The translations under genes and the position numbers were made by a program. DNA of 64,000 bases, taken from contig NC_043006.1 of NCBI RefSeq assembly GCF_006345805.1, positions 33,170,001 through 33,234,000 of the forward strand, written 5' to 3'. Numbering within the stretch: position 1 is the stretch's first letter; the number at the start of each line of letters is the position of its first letter. The notes under the pieces are model-generated. The model was given only the letters and a program-made list of their open reading frames with translations, made no database searches and was not told the origin of the DNA. Below are positions 12,830 through 25,017 of this stretch, piece after piece. This DNA comes from Octopus sinensis. Taxonomy: Eukaryota.

Positions 12830-13120
12830 ACAGACCTCATGTTTACAGAGGGCAGCTCTCGTCAACCTATTCAAAGAACAGTGAAAGCTGACTCAATGTG
12901 TTTGGTTGGTTGACAGTTGCCCGTACAACACTTGTGTTCCATGTGACCAAAAACTACTGACCCATAGTAAAAGAACTTGAAAAACCCTATGTAAAAATGG
13001 TACGCAGGTGTTGGAATGTATTCTTCTAGGATCACTGCGAAACACACACCGAGGTGACTGATACGAAGGCAGGAGTAAAGAAAAGACTGTGGAACTGTGA
13101 CACATAGCTGTGCATCAGAA
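12830..13120 (+). mobile_element. Possible decayed RTE-like LINE fragment
   Basis: One frame reads MVRRCWNVFF*DHCETHTEVTDTKAGVKKRLWNCD, loosely like RTE post-RT MLR..C.V...DH.RN..IR...GV...RL.W. Weak. Confidence 0.3.
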
Positions 13121-13944
13121 AATCTGTCCTTTAGGGATTAACATTTATTGATATATTTGTATGTTTTATTTGTGATTTATCTAATTTCTTCATAAAAGAC
13201 TTCAAACCACTCGCCAACAAAGCGACAAAAGTTTTTTGTAGTTAAAACAATTTTCGGAGTTTATAATTACGTGGTTGAGGAATGGTTTGCTGTTCGCACC
13301 TGCTCTTCTGTTCTCTATGTGTCTGTACAGCTTAGGTGTAAATACATTAGTTTTTACATTTGTATACATCTATGTATATATTCATGCATACATACATGTT
13401 TCTTTAGGATTTAATTTTAATTTTTTTTTCTTCCGCAGAATTCTAATGATATGGCAATCTCTTTTGTTTAAGCCAAAACTACATTTGGTGTTTGTGGTTG
13501 TCTGCTTTGCGTGGTGTATGTATGGATGTGTGCAGTTTGTGTGTGCGCGTATGGGTAATCTTAGCCTTACTGGATTGCGTGTTATGACAAGACAAAAGTG
13601 TATAGCTTTCGTAATTGCTTGTCTATCTGCCTTCATATACATTCCATTTGTATATGTGAACGTATACATACATTCATCCAGGGACTCCAAATGCTTGAAG
13701 TGTTTTATAAATTTTCTCGGTTTCTCTGATCGGCTGTATCTGAACAATGCTTATTCGGCCTGCTCTGTCCTTTTCCTGAGAACGTAACCATTTCAATGTT
13801 TCTATGCAAGGTATTTATTCATCAAGGTATATTTTACACACACACACACACACACAACACACACACACACACACACACGCATATATATATGTATGAATGT
13901 ATATATGTGTATGTGTGTAGATAGATATAAACATACACAGTATC

Positions 13945-13996
<52 letters not shown>

Positions 13997-14010
13997 TACA
14001 CACACGCATA

Positions 14011-14187
14011 CACGAGGAGGTGCTGAAATGTTCCTGGCTTTGGGTAAAAGAAAAATACAGGGGGATCCGTTAATCATGATTTTATTCAACATATTTCCAT
14101 CTCAGGTTCACACACTCAGTTTTTTTAATCTCTGTAAAAGGCCTTAGTAATGTCCTTAAAGACAAGAATTTTTCAGCACCCCTCTTA
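14011..14187. mobile_element. Mariner-type MITE
   Basis: TIR-like ends CGAGGAGGTGCTGAAATGTTCCTGGCTT and AAGAATTTTTCAGCACCCCTCT in TA context. A solo matching TIR TACGAGGGGGTGCAGAAAAGTTCCTG is at 40943-40968. Confidence 0.7.
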
Positions 14188-14211
14188 TATGTGTACGCAT
14201 ACATTCATGTT

Positions 14212-14244
<33 letters not shown>

Positions 14245-14247
<3 letters not shown>

Positions 14248-14420
14248 AATGATTGCATTATTCAATTAACTTTAGTTGTTACTTGAAACGATCGTACTGC
14301 ATTACCTCTGGATATCCTTGTTGCTTATTTTGATTTTAATCACCTTAATATGAAATTGTATGGATAATACCGTACTAAATTCTGGTGCCTCAACTTAAGT
14401 ATCATATTCATCTGAATCTA
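14245..14420 (+). mobile_element. PLE-like terminal fragment with hammerhead 3' half
   Basis: GAAA-CGATCG-TA-CTGC at 14285-14300 (palindromic stem III, GUA site); homologous to 9109-9245 in the opposite orientation. Confidence 0.5.
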
Positions 14421-14517
14421 TATATATATAGAGAGGTTGATAGATAGATATTGATACATATACATTCGTACACATATATAAACACATATGTATATCTGTG
14501 TGTGTATATGTGTTCAA

Positions 14518-14572
<55 letters not shown>

Positions 14573-14885
14573 ATATATAATTTATTTAAAGAGCATAATA
14601 TATGTATTGTGGAATAATACATTATATATACATACATATATATATATTATATATATAAATAAATGCATGTGCATGTGTGTGCGTGTGTATGACAATATTC
14701 ATCAAACATTTATGTAACGGTAAAGAATTTCATTGAGGAATAAAAGGACAATAAATACCTGATACATTGGCACCGTTTGGACTTCTGAGACAGACGTGTA
14801 AACTGAATTTGTCCTCATAAAACGTCGGTTTCCGCTATTCGCAAGTCGGAAGTTGTACCATTTTTTCTTAATTGCCGACTGAACC

Positions 14886-14887
<2 letters not shown>

Positions 14888-14950
<63 letters not shown>

Positions 14951-15010
14951 CATAGTAGTAGTAGTAATCGTAGTAGTAGTAGTAGTCATAGTAAAAGTAG
15001 TAGTAGTAGT
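14888..15010. repeat. (AGT)n microsatellite
   Basis: Directly visible. Confidence 0.95.
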
Positions 15011-15114
15011 GCGAAGTCTTATTTCACTGCCAAGCTCAACTCATTGTACCTTGTGTGCATGCAGTTTTATACCTGTTTATTTTACTCTCTTTAATGGACC
15101 CTACTTAATGTCTT

Positions 15115-15160
<46 letters not shown>

Positions 15161-15596
15161 TTAGACATAATATTTTCTCAACATATTCTGCAGTTGCTAT
15201 ATTCTATTTCATTTCTTACTGTAGATGGTTTCTGGTGGGGGAGGACAAGATCTGAGCTTCTGCCGCAAGTAAAACTCTGCCAGTCTCTGCAGAGAGTATT
15301 GTGGTTTTTAACCAATATTGCGAATTTTCTTTTGGCACTCCCCTTAACTTTATTCACCCTTTTTAGGTATTGGCCATGTAGGAGCTTCTCTTGCCATTGT
15401 TTTATCATAGCAATCTAAGCCGAATTTTTATCATCGATTTTAACATTTTTTCTTGTCCTTCTTCATAACTATCATTTCAATCTCAGTTTTTTCTTAATTT
15501 CTTTTTTTTTTTTTATCTCCCATGAGATTTTGTTTATTGTTTTGCTGACTTGTAGCTATTTGTATTAGTTCCCCATTATTATTTACTAAATATGTC

Positions 15597-15810
15597 AGAC
15601 GGAGAGCTGGAAGAATCGTTAGCGCACCGGGTGAAATGCTGAGCGGCATTTCGTCTGCCGTTACATTCTGAGTTTAAACTCTTCCGAGGTCGACTTTGCC
15701 TTTCATCCTTTCGGAGTCGATTAAATAAGTAACAGTTACGCACTTGGTTCGATGTAATCGACCTAATCCCCTCCTCCAAGTTACCCTTATGGCAAAAACT
15801 TGAAACCATT
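15597..15810 (+). mobile_element. tRNA-headed SINE, family B
   Basis: GAGCTGGAAGAATCGTTAGC...CTGAGTTTAAACTCTTCCGAGGTCGACTTTGCCTTTCATCCTTTCGGAGTCGATTAAATAAGT; many copies in the window. Confidence 0.85.
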
Positions 15811-15984
15811 ATTTACTAAACATTTTGTAGTTACTCTGTGAATATTTTATTGCACTTCCCCGATTGCATAAAACACGCCTTCATTTTATTCCTACTTAAA
15901 TTTTCGATGGTGAATTGTAAATGCTGCCTTATTTTTGTTTCCTCTTTTTCTGTTTTATTAGTTTTTTTTTACCGTCTAACTATA

Positions 15985-16225
15985 AGTGGCACTCTGTCGG
16001 TTTGCGACAACGTATATTCCAGCTGATCCGATCAACGGAAAAACCTCCTCATTACATTAACGTGCACTAAACGTAGTTCTCAAAGAGATTCAGCGTGACA
16101 CAATTTGTTACAAGGCTGCCCTTTTGAATTACAGATACAGCTTCTTTTTGCCAGCTGAGGGGACTGAAGCAACGTGAAATAAAGTATCTTGCTCAAGAAC
16201 ACTCGACCGTGAGCTGAATGCCCAA
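15985..16225 (-). mobile_element. SINE family E (tRNA head, GTGTCCTTGAGCAAGACACTT-type core, shared tail D), degenerate
   Basis: Homologous to 48720-48965 and 57790-58083. Confidence 0.7.
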
Positions 16226-17758
16226 AGCGCTAAGTTACGTGTCTAACTACGACTATTTTAACTCCTCTTTATTACTACAACAGCTAACTTATTAATGTTT
16301 ATTACCTTACTATTTTGTAGTTAGTTCTGTCTTAAGTATTGACCTGATGCATCTAAGATTTTCTCTTAATCTTCTTGCATTTGCTTTACGCTATCCAAGT
16401 CTTTCGATTTCTTTATATGTTGTAATTGTCTCATCTCAGTTTCTTGGTGGTTTTAATGATAATTTTCTCGCATTATAAAAATGCCTTGGCGCATTTCTTT
16501 AATGTGAATCTCATCTCAAATCTATTTCCTGTTACAATAATGTTTCTAATCGTTTATCATTCACATTAGAAAAGGCATTTCTATTTAAAAGATAATTTAT
16601 CCTCTTACGTAGCACTCGAAGCCGAGTTGAATCCTGCTTATAATATCGGTTAATGGAGTGAGAAAAATGGTGAATATACAGAGTCGTCTTGGAATATTCA
16701 TATTGTGATGAAGATGGGTTTAGTTTTAATAATTCTGTTTTTCTTCTCTATCTGCAAAACTGAATGCTATTTACTCAACACATAAATCTTATATCCTCGC
16801 TGGGATTACCTTACAAAGGCCAATGTTTCTCAAGTTCAATAGTGGGGAAATAAGCCAAAATCGGGTAGAAAATCCAGACCATCCTCAAACACTTCCTGCT
16901 TCTGCAGTTTTCGGTTATATTTATGCTCATCAGTCATTAATCTTCACAGCAGTCATGTGGACCAATCCATAATGGCAGGAAATAGTTCTTTCTACAGCTA
17001 TTTATTTATTCTCTTCGATATTATTGCAGGTGAAGCTCTGCTGGTTGTGTGGAAGGCAAATTGAGATTCCGTAAAATTTTAAAGCTTTTAAGTTTTGTTC
17101 AGTTTTGAAGATGAAGGTAATTTTCGACGTATGTGGGCCAGTCTGGGACATTCTCTAGCTCTATTAATATCTCTCAAAACATTTCTGTTAGAAATATAGA
17201 TGTCGTTGAATATCAGAATTTTATCAAGTTTTGACGCCTTCCAGCTTATTTTGCGGCAAAGTCTGGGTTACTTATTGTTTTGCCCGCTCTTAGAATTTTT
17301 AGGATACTATATTCGTTTTTGTGACGATTCCTTCGTCACCCCTCCTCCTCCCCTCCTCATCCTCCTCCCCCTCCTCCAATGCTGCAACTTTCTTGCTTCT
17401 GGCGCTGCAGTTATTTCGGTCTCATATTTTTGTCAATTTCTTGATAAAATTGTTTTCACTTGGAGTCGTAGAGTCATTATCGTTTTTCATATCGACAAAT
17501 TCTTTGTGATTTAGTACCTTATTTCAGGTGTTCTTTGATTTCGGATATTTCGTTTTTGGCTATATTCTATTTTCGTAATCTTTCTTTCTACATTTTCGCT
17601 TTTATTCCAGCTGCGTCTTTTCATTATTGATTTCATCAAGAATTAAAATGTATTTACTCTTATTTCCTATAGTTTTCTCTGAATATTTGTTTCCAATGTT
17701 GTTTGCTGAAGTTTTCATATCTCTTAATGCAAAATATGACGCCGAGGTCACTTTTGAC

Positions 17759-17789
<31 letters not shown>

Positions 17790-18016
17790 CAAAAGCATTA
17801 AATAGATAATATATTATTTTTGAAAGTCGGAGAAATTCTTTGTGGTTTCTTCCGGTTCTTTAGGCTATCAGCTGTAATCCCACCGAAGACATCTTTGCCT
17901 TCCATCATTCCAAGGTCGATAAAATAGAGTATTAGTGTTGAATTAAGCGACCTATGCTCTGCTCACAAATTCCTAACTTTAGAAATAAGAATTTTGATAA
18001 TAATAATAACAACAAC

Positions 18017-18094
<78 letters not shown>

Positions 18095-18109
18095 CATCAG
18101 TATATATTA

Positions 18110-18385
18110 CTTGTCAGAGCTCTCAGTTTTACTTGCTCCGATTAATTCTGTAAGAGCAGACGGCGACCTGTCGTCCGAGACCTCACGGGGTCTCACTTCC
18201 TGGATTTCTCAATTTCACTTGCTCCGATTAATTCTGTAAGAGCGGACAGCAACCTGTTGTCAAGGTCTCACAGGGTATCTTTCCACCATACTTAACACCG
18301 AAGTATCAATCTCAAAATCCTCACTATACCCAATAAAGTTGCTTTCTAAGCATATCAATCCCAGTAAAAATCTCATTGATACCAG
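18110..18385 (-). mobile_element. R4/Dong-like LINE extreme 3' end with tandemly duplicated 3' UTR
   Basis: Minus frame KATLLGIVRILRLILRC*. An 86-bp-period duplication (CTTGCTCCGATTAATTCTGTAAGAGC at 18132 and 18218) lies in the UTR. Ends in the (TAA)n tract at ~17995-18095. Confidence 0.6.
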
Positions 18386-18391
18386 TATTGC

Positions 18392-18463
<72 letters not shown>

Positions 18464-18504
18464 GTTGTTGTTGTTGTTGTTGCTGTTGTTGTTGTTGTTG
18501 CTGC

Positions 18505-19160
18505 TGTTCACTACCAGTGAATTAAGGTAACACCTCTTATTTTTTGAGCACCTTCCAGAGTATTTGAGCGGTTCCAAGCAATGCTGTTTTCTGCAAGTGT
18601 TCCACCCTTATTGCAGCCCCTATTTGTTCCACGTACTTCTCGAGATTTTTGCTCACTCTTCCCAGTGCTCCAACAAATATTGGTACTACTACCACCTTTT
18701 TCATCGACCACAATTGCTTAACATTCCAAGCTAACCTGGGCATGCTATATCTATCATCCAGCATAGTTTGTTTTCTTTCTCAATTAAGACTATATATGGC
18801 TTCCTATTCTCTATCTCATGGTTGCACTAAATCATAGAATCTTCGAATTTTTATTTTCGATGATGCCTTCGGGTTTCTGTTCGTACCAATTTTTTGCTCT
18901 GTCAAGCCCATACTTGTTGTAAAGTGTCCAATCGACAAGCCTGGTTATATTGTCGTGGCGCCTCTTATGTTCCTTCTGGGCTAGCGGTGTACATTGGCTG
19001 GTAATATACCATACGGTTTCACATTTTGTCCAAAGATTCTGCACTTATCACTTTCTGATGTGTTGTCTATTCTCTATTTTATGTAGTTCGTTCTTAGTGC
19101 TTGCTCTTGGGCAGCACAGATTAGAGCCTCTATTTCTGGTTTTAAATCACTTTTAGTCTT
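18505..19160 (-). mobile_element. R4/Dong-like LINE 3' fragment (CCHC knuckle plus restriction-like endonuclease)
   Basis: KCETVWYITSQCTPLAQKEHKRRHDNITRLVDWTLYNKYGLDRAKNWYEQKPEGIIENKNSKIL, and LAWNVKQLWSMKKVVVVPIFVGALGRVSKNLEKYVEQIGAAIRVEHLQKTALLGTAQILWKVL. Followed by (AAC)/(AAT)n. Confidence 0.85.
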
Positions 19161-19279
19161 ACACAGCCATCTTTTTTCTCTGTCTTATCTTCATCCTCCT
19201 CCTCCTCCTCCTCCTCCTCCTCCTCATCATCATCATCATCATCATTACCATCATCATTATTATTATTATTTCTTTCATA

Positions 19280-19600
19280 TATGCACAGCAGATTAGACTG
19301 CTCGAAAAATATCCTAACATCGGGCTACAACAAGAAAACTTAGATGCCAAGAACCCTCCTAAGTATCCTAGGTGTCCTTACTAACATTGTTTCCTGGAGC
19401 TGTACTAAACTGGGGTTTATCCTTATTTTCTTTATCATCTGTTCAGATCTTTAGGGACAGTTCCTAATACACCTATAACTACTGGGATACATTTTACCCG
19501 CACTCTCCATAGCTTATGTAACTCAATTTTTAGGTCCTGGTACTTTTGTTGGAACTCCTGGAGTCTTGCATACGTAGCGGGCTTACTACCTACAGCCTAC
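19280..19600 (-). mobile_element. R4/Dong-like LINE 3' end, different subfamily
   Basis: Manual translation RLQEFQQKYQDLKIELHKLWRVRVKCIPVVIGVLGTVPKDLN, then after a frameshift LQETMLVRTPRILRRVLGI*. Distinct 3' UTR; flanked by (ATT)/(ATC)n. Confidence 0.75.
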
Positions 19601-19668
19601 GGTACCATGCTATGCATTCTTTTCAGCTATCTAATTCTTTCCTGATTATTATAATTGTTGTTGTTTTT

Positions 19669-19757
<89 letters not shown>

Positions 19758-20220
19758 CATCCTCCTTCTCCTCCTCCTCCTCCTATCATCATCATCACTA
19801 GTATTAGCAGTTGTATTAAACAGATGGTTTAATGAGCATCGTAGATATTGTTGTTGAGTTGGGTGCTTTGGCAGTGGTGGTGAACATTGGCAAAAAAAAA
19901 AAAAAAAAAAAAGAATCGAGGAAGAAGTAGATTACAAAGAAAGCACAAAAGAGATAATTTAGCAAGAATTACATGTGCAACATCTATTACCTGACTTCTG
20001 TGTTTATCGATATTGTGTGCTAAGCAGGAAATTACAGAGCAAATAAACAAACGTCGTAATTTCTCTATTATTTACAGAAGAGAAATATGTGTATAACAAG
20101 CTGCATTATATTTCAGTATATCTGCTGAATTTAGAAAACCCCCAAAATAATTTAAAACAGGAATGTGCGCATTTACAGATTCTCAAGCTCATTCATTCTT
20201 TGGCATACACATATTTCCAT

Positions 20221-20263
<43 letters not shown>

Positions 20264-20293
20264 GTATTTATGTATGTATATATGTATGCATAT

Positions 20294-20597
20294 ATCACCG
20301 TGACCGACCAGACTACCAGACGTTGCTACACATCGCTGGTCACAATGCGCTTCGCATTGTTTTAGCCTTCAAATAACGCCACCTCGCTGGCTAAGCGAGC
20401 AGGCCAACAGAAGAAAGAGTGAGAGGAAGTTGTGGCGAAAGAGTACGGCAGGGTTCGCCACCACCCCCTGCCGGAGCCTCGTGGAGCTTTAGGTGTTTTC
20501 GCTCAATAAACACTCACAACGCTCGGTCTGGGAATCGAAACCGCGATCCTACAACCGCGAGTCCGCTGCCCTAACCACTGGGCCATTGCGCCTCCAC
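20294..20597 (-). mobile_element. tRNA-headed SINE, family C (tail type i)
   Basis: Head GTGGAGGCGCAATGGCCCAGTGGTTAGGGCAGCGGACTCGCGGTTGTAGGATCGCGGTTTCGATTCCC with clear A and B boxes. Confidence 0.85.
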
Positions 20598-20603
20598 ATG
20601 TAT

Positions 20604-20665
<62 letters not shown>

Positions 20666-21057
20666 GTATGTGTATGTATGTATGTATGTATATATGTATG
20701 TATGCACATATATATATAGATATATGTATATGTATATGTATGTATGTATATATATATATGTATGTATATACATGTATACAATTATCTATGTATATATACA
20801 TATATAAAGATAGAAAATATGTAACGTTCATAATGCAAACCCCACAAACGTTTTAAAACATCTTTTCTACAAAAACCCTTCGAATACACAAATGCTCCCA
20901 AGTTGTCACATTCGTAAATAAGAGCCAAAGAGAACCGCGCACGCGTGTTTGTTCCTATCTATGTATACATTTATGCGTGTGTATACATACATAAATACAT
21001 ACATACATGCATACATACATATATACATATATATACTCATATATACGAATGCATATA

Positions 21058-21133
<76 letters not shown>

Positions 21134-21152
21134 ATATATATATATATATATA

Positions 21153-21184
<32 letters not shown>

Positions 21185-21253
21185 CGATCGTTTGTAGAAA
21201 TACATAAAACCGGTGAAGAAGAACACTCTAAGATGTTGAGCAGTTAATATATT

Positions 21254-21719
21254 GGGGGCCGGTTTATGGAGTTACCCTCAGTTTCTAGCTCATAAGGAGT
21301 TTATCCTTACGGCGTATCTTCAGACCCCAAACACTGCTGCCTTAAGACCTCTTCAAAATATGGAGGGGGAAATGCCTCTCCAGAAAAGTAAACACTATGT
21401 GATTATATCCCTTTGCCATTGCTCATCGAGCTTCGGCCGTGCCGCCACCTTGCGGTCATTAAAGAACCACTAGGGTAGACGATTGCCTCCCTTCGGCATT
21501 GGCTATTGGCTTCCGGCGTTGTGGATTCCAAAATGTCAGTAAGAATCTTCTGAAATGCAAGCATGGCTCGAAAATCTCTGTCCTGGAGTTCAGGATCTTC
21601 CCTGGTACGATCGAGTTCTTTAGGATTCTCGTGCGTTCAGGAATGCATAACTTTTCGTCCCGTTGATGTACGGGCCTCGGTTCTGGAATAATCCAGGGTA
21701 ACCGCGTAAACCGGCCCCC
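21254..21719. mobile_element. 466-bp MITE with 25-bp TIRs and 3-bp ATT TSD (PIF/Harbinger-like)
   Basis: Left GGGGGCCGGTTTATGGAGTTACCCT versus right reverse complement GGGGGCCGGTTTACGCGGTTACCCT (22/25); ATT on both flanks (21251-53, 21720-22). Superfamily assignment is inference. Confidence 0.75.
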
Positions 21720-21814
21720 ATTAAAATATTATATATTATATAAAAACAGTGCTCCAGCATGGCTGCAGTCAAATGACTGAAACAATTAAAAGAATAAATG
21801 AATATATATATATA

Positions 21815-22034
21815 TTCTTTTATTCTTTTAGTTGTTTCAGTCATTAAATTATACTTTAGCACCGCCTTTAGTCGAACAAGTCGACCCCAGGACTTATTCT
21901 TTGTAAGCCTAGTACTTATTCTATCGGTGTCTTTTGCTGAATCGCTAATGGACGGGGATGCAAATACGCCAACATCGGTTGTCAAGCGATGGTTGGGTGG
22001 GGAGGGCGGACAAACAAAGACACAAATAACAAGC

Positions 22035-22097
<63 letters not shown>

Positions 22098-22255
22098 CGA
22101 CGGGCTTCTTTCAGTTTCCGTCTACCAAATCCACTCACAAGGCTTTGGTCGGCCCAAGGCTATAGCAGAAGACACTTGCCCAAGGTGCCACGCAGTGGCA
22201 CTGAACCCAGAACAATTTGGTTGGTAAGCAAGCTATATACCACACAGCCACACCT
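21815..22255 (-). mobile_element. SINE family A (with an opposed tail fragment at 21745-21800)
   Basis: Homologous to 9710-10092; internal (CA)n(TA)n. Confidence 0.85.
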
Positions 22256-22666
22256 ATATATATATAAATACACACACATAGGCATAAATATTCCTAAAAC
22301 CTGCGTATTTCCTACAATATAGTTGTGGTCGTGTGCTGTCGTTTAGAAGCACTTAGCAAGGCACACAAATGCAACACATACACACACGCGAGTCCGTTGC
22401 CTTTATTTCTCTATTTGTGATCACTTACACGACGCTTTTTGATGTTCTAGCTCTCTTTTCCTTTCTTTGCTCATACATGGATAAATACATACACATGCAT
22501 ACACACGCGCACGCACACTCACACATCCACAATACACGCATTAAGTTTCTTTTATCTTATCATAAGATATGAAATAATAATTACTCTGACATGAAATATC
22601 GAATAAACGCATACGTATACAAACCAACCAGCTTTAACTGTACAATGCCATGCAGCCTCCCTGCCC

Positions 22667-22714
<48 letters not shown>

Positions 22715-24869
22715 GGGCTGTAGAGTTGAAACGGTGTTTTTATATATATATATAAATACACCCACACACACATATATATACACACACATATACATATATG
22801 TGTATATGTATTTGAATATATTAAATTTGTGATTATTTCTAAGTATCATTATCTTCATATATATTTTTTACATCTAAAAAGAAAACATAATTAAAAGAAA
22901 GCCTAGAATCAGAAACTTTATAGAAATAATGGATTTTTAGGCTACATCAGAATTTACAACTCAGCACTGATCTTCGTTTTAAATATAGATTTAAGTAATG
23001 CTGAGAGCCGTCAGTCTGTTGCGTAGGTGTTTGTCTACACTTGTAGTAATAATACTCTCTGTCTTGTGCGGTCATCAGGAAAATTTAGATTTTATAGTTT
23101 GTCTTTTACTTGCTTTAGTCTAGTCATAGGACTGCGGCCATGATGGAGCACTGCAGTGAAGGATTTAGTCGGACAAATCTACCCCAGGACTCATGTTTTT
23201 AAGAGTCCTATAGGAAAAGCACCAGGTTTAAAAAGACAAATAATAATAATAATAATAAATACTGGAATCGCTTTGTTCAAATAAAATTCTTCTAAGTGAT
23301 GCCGAAGTATATCCGCTGTTTAATGACTGAAACAAGTAAAAACTAAAAGATAAAGAATTAATCTCAAGAGATTAACCATGTATTATTAATAATGTATCCT
23401 TTTCATATTTCAGGGATAATCTGATCAATCCTACGTAAGCATCACAAGTAGTTCATTGTAGCTGTTTAATGGCGGGTCAGTCCTCAGTTCGCAAAATTAT
23501 GATCAAGTGTGTTTCATCTCTTGTTTTAATTTTAAAAAATTTGTCGAAGATAATATTGCCTAATAGTATATTCTTCGTATTTTGAAGGCAGCAGCGTGTG
23601 ATTTGGGGGTAAATTTAGCTGCGCTTTCTCTCATGCCGTGAAGCTATGTGGGTGCAATTTCTGTTCAAACAACGCTTAACATTCATGTCAAAAAAATATA
23701 AATGATGACTTGAACCTCTGTGACAAGTCTTTATTGATGTATCTTGTGGTTTGTGGCGACTGTCGTTAGAATTAGGTTGTCGTCAGTTTTTTTTTTAAAG
23801 TATTAATATTAAACGCTATTTGAAAGACCATCAGTAACATTAGACATTAACAAGTGTTTGGCGGACGCGGAGAGAGCCTGAAAAAATACATCGTGTATTC
23901 TTTTCTGGAATTCTTATACAGAAGTCGGATGTGTACGCATGAATACTCTAAAGATGAAATACAACACGTAAAATCAACGGATTAAATTACAGGCAGAATG
24001 CTTAGACCCAATCAAGGCCATATTTATCACAGTTAAGGCCTTCATAAAATAGGTCTATGTTCAAAAGCAGTCCAGGCGTCTTCATCTGGCATTTTACTTA
24101 AACATGTGACATCTAGGAAAATATATAATCAACCTTTCTCTTTCAATTTGTGAGAATCTGATTCCATTATAATTTTGCAAATATAGAACCTTTATCTCTA
24201 TCGTTGGCATGGTTACGGTAGAATGTTGTTTTCTAGCATCAAGTCAGCTCTGATATGGCAGTCCAATGATCAAAGGCAATCCATCCATGAGCATCATGTA
24301 TATTTTTTGTGTCTGTATCAGATTACATATAGAATGATGCATAATTTACCGTGGACTAAATTATCCAATGAGTTCCTTGCCTTTCAAAGTGAAAAGTGTT
24401 TCAAGGAGTATGGCTGCTATCTTTTGGCGACTTGAGGCAACATGTGGTTGCTATTTTTGGCAAGCCCATCAAAGGATTCTCCGTTGCCTTGGCGCATGTA
24501 CATACCTGTAGATTTATTGGTGTTGTGAAATTGCTGTCATGTGATAGTCTTATCTTTTTGAGATCGATTAGCACAGCAACAGACTGACGTTTACCAGACT
24601 GTACGACAGCCACGTCATTAATGATTTACTACGGAGGCTCAAAGCTTCAAATTTATATTTTTTTACATTTATATTTCTCATAAACTATTATTAACACAAT
24701 GCAATTCTTTGTCCAGTCGTTATGACCACTAAATATAATCACTCAAAATGGGTTGAATGTCCTTCTCTTTCCTTTGTTCATCCGTCTGTCTTTTTGTCTC
24801 TGTCTGTTTGCCTTTGTCTATCTGTTTGTCTCTGTCTGTCTATCTATCTTTCTGTCTGCCTGTCACTAT

Positions 24870-25017
<148 letters not shown>

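Larger units (their letters stand above)
15180..17750 (-). pseudogene. Heavily decayed R4/Dong-like (RLE) non-LTR retrotransposon, interrupted by SINEs
   Basis: Collinear minus-strand remnants: pre-RT (LK*GTKSQRICRYEKR...KQFYQEIDK, ~17450-17560), RT (PDW... ~17150; ENCRSRKCLRMVWI ~16880-16910), post-RT (WQEKLLHGQY...NCRIC, 15178-15408). Confidence 0.6.

Noticed and set aside
13275-13787. 170-aa hydrophobic ORF resembling a membrane protein
   Set aside because: TTG start, T-rich low-complexity composition with TG/TA repeats, and no recognisable motif; hydrophobicity follows from the T bias.
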